Source of the DNA: Diadema antillarum
Taxonomy: Eukaryota
Length of the DNA: 64,000 nt
Assembly: GCF_040938485.1 (NCBI RefSeq)
Contig: NW_027271071.1
Coordinates: 186,001 to 250,000 of the forward strand
Direction: 5' to 3'
This document shows, one piece after another, positions 61,971-64,000 of this stretch. The position numbers and the translations under genes are program-made. Position 1 is the stretch's first letter, and each line of letters opens with the position of its first letter. The notes under the pieces were generated by a model. It did not search any database. It was given only the letters and a program-made list of their open reading frames with translations, and was not told the DNA's origin.

Positions 61971-64000
61971 CAAGTAGGAACCCCATCGCGCGGCTCATGA
62001 ATAGAGCGCCAGAAGAATTTTTGCAGACTTAAAAGTCTTAATTACATCGACTAATCTTACAGATAGGTCTTCATTGGGCTAAACTACAAGCTAATCATCA
62101 AAGTTTAAACTTTGAGTTCATCTTTAAGATCACCATTGTCATGTCTAGCTAACTTTTGATAATGACAGTCTTCCTAAGAGAAATCATGAGATTGTGTGGA
62201 AGGTTAAAGTCATCAGTACATTGGCTCCTGCTTAACTGAGAGTCATCTGAAATCAAGCCTGTCTTCCAGTAAAGCAGGGCTCCCCCTCTAATTGTGCCTG
62301 GTATTGACCCATGTAAATCACCTCACATGGGAAAGGTAACTCACTACGTCTACCAGAAAGATGGTTCTCCAGGAAGCTGGTTCCGTCTCCGAACCCTGCA
62401 TCAACTGAAATGCAAATGTGAGTCGAAGCTGATAGCACTTTTTATGATTCACAGCACAATGCCATCCTAAACAAACTTTGTCCCATTGCCCAACAGCAAC
62501 TTTTTGCACTACACTGTGAGCAAAATATAATTTGACTTGGTCAGCAAATAACACTTTAGGCAAAGAAGTATATTCTTTGTAATTGTTTTTCTGGATTATA
62601 GTTATTATTTCTGGATACTAAGAAGGGAAAATGGAAGTGTTTTAGCTGAAATATGCCCCAGTTAAGTGGGTTATGGCTCTGATTATAAGAGGTGAAAATA
62701 ACACGAGGAACTCTTAATCCTTTGCAGTATTGTTACTCTTAAACATTGTTCCTGCTATTAAAACCAGTTCCCACTTATCCTGTGAGCACTGCATCAGTTA
62801 GTTTTGAATAATTTACCATTGCTGTCTGGAGAGTGTTTATCATGCTTATTTTCTGCTTTCACCTTGTTTTCAACATTCTGATGCAATTAGTATAACAAGG
62901 AGGATTCGGTTTATCGAAGGAGCAGAAAGATGGCGGGTGATTGATTCTTAGGGGAAAGAAAGACAATATTGTTATCTATGACCATGCATTAATTTTATAT
63001 GAGGACTGAAAATAGGTGAAATTGGTCAACCTAGCCAATCTTGTGTTTTTCATATTTTCTGAAAGACCAAGTCTTCTTGTATATTATGTTAAAGTTTGGA
63101 ATCATACATGAACTAGGATATTGTGTTTTGAACAGTTTTTCCTGAACACTTGATTAGGTGTGTCTGATAGAGTCCCCTTTTCATTTAAACACCCTGCGCA
63201 CACTCTTCACTTTCAACTCTTATAACTGTGGAAAGGATGATGCTACTGCTTTGAAAGTTAGCATTAATCATGGACAGAATATGTTAATAAAAAGTATGCT
63301 CAATTTCAGTTTAATCTGATAATCTCTTCATTGTTGTTACTCCGGTGGTTTGCATCCTGTTCTTTGTCCCATTCATCGCTCAGCTAGTGCGGCTTGGTAA
63401 AGATTAAATGCTTGAATAGACCCTGTACTTCAGAGCCTCTTTTCTCAGTTCACATTTTTCAGGACTGTTTACTTTCTTTCCATGGATAGGTTTGGAGGGT
63501 CCATTTGAATGGAGTCATACATCATTTTAAAGCTTTAAGTCTGCTCTTTCAGAATCTGCTCTTTACTAAAAATCCATGTCTGGTGACTTTTTGTTGGTTT
63601 TGTGATGCAGGATCACATATCACCTATCATTTTGAGGAAGGAAAATGAATGTCACAGTAGCATGTGCTTATGATGTACAGCATAAGGTGATCTTCAACCT
63701 GAGCTAGATTGATTTTAATTGTCTTTCCACAGAAGCAGCGCTCTTAGTGAAACTACACCCTTTTACTGGTATAATTCACATGTATGATATTTTGTGACTT
63801 GGGGCTTGCAAGGCAATTTTACAAGTGGTTGAATTTACGCTTTCGAGAACCAGAATGAAAAAAAAAAAAAAAATGTTATCCCTTCTCAGGAGAATAAGAA
63901 AATGATTCTGTACTAACTCTGATTTTGCCACTTTATTGTTATAAATGTTATGTCAATTTGCTTATTTACTCTCTTATGGGAATTTGTTGATTTTGTTTTT

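Overview
AT-rich animal genomic DNA, most likely an echinoderm (sea urchin). That assignment is inferred from the Spec3-type genes and the repeat content. The window has three N-gaps. The left half (2.6-32.6 kb) holds a head-to-tail, + strand cluster of three 3-exon Spec3/Stum-family small membrane-protein genes (183, 167 and 311 aa after manual splicing). All three share a 183-nt core exon 2 and phase-1/phase-1 introns, but their Pro/Gln/Tyr-rich tails differ strongly: N-terminal in copy 1, C-terminal in copies 2 and 3. The right half contains the 5' end of a LYST (lysosomal trafficking regulator, BEACH family)-like gene: three coding exons at 53.1-58.1 kb and a candidate promoter/non-coding first exon near 39.3-39.6 kb. 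The rest is intron or intergenic DNA dense in non-autonomous DNA transposons (TA, TTAA, 2-, 5-, 6- and 9-bp target-site duplications), a tRNA-derived SINE and microsatellites. I recognised no rRNA, tRNA gene or CRISPR array. Most entries in the supplied ORF track are spurious. All homology calls come from remembered family motifs, not from database searches.
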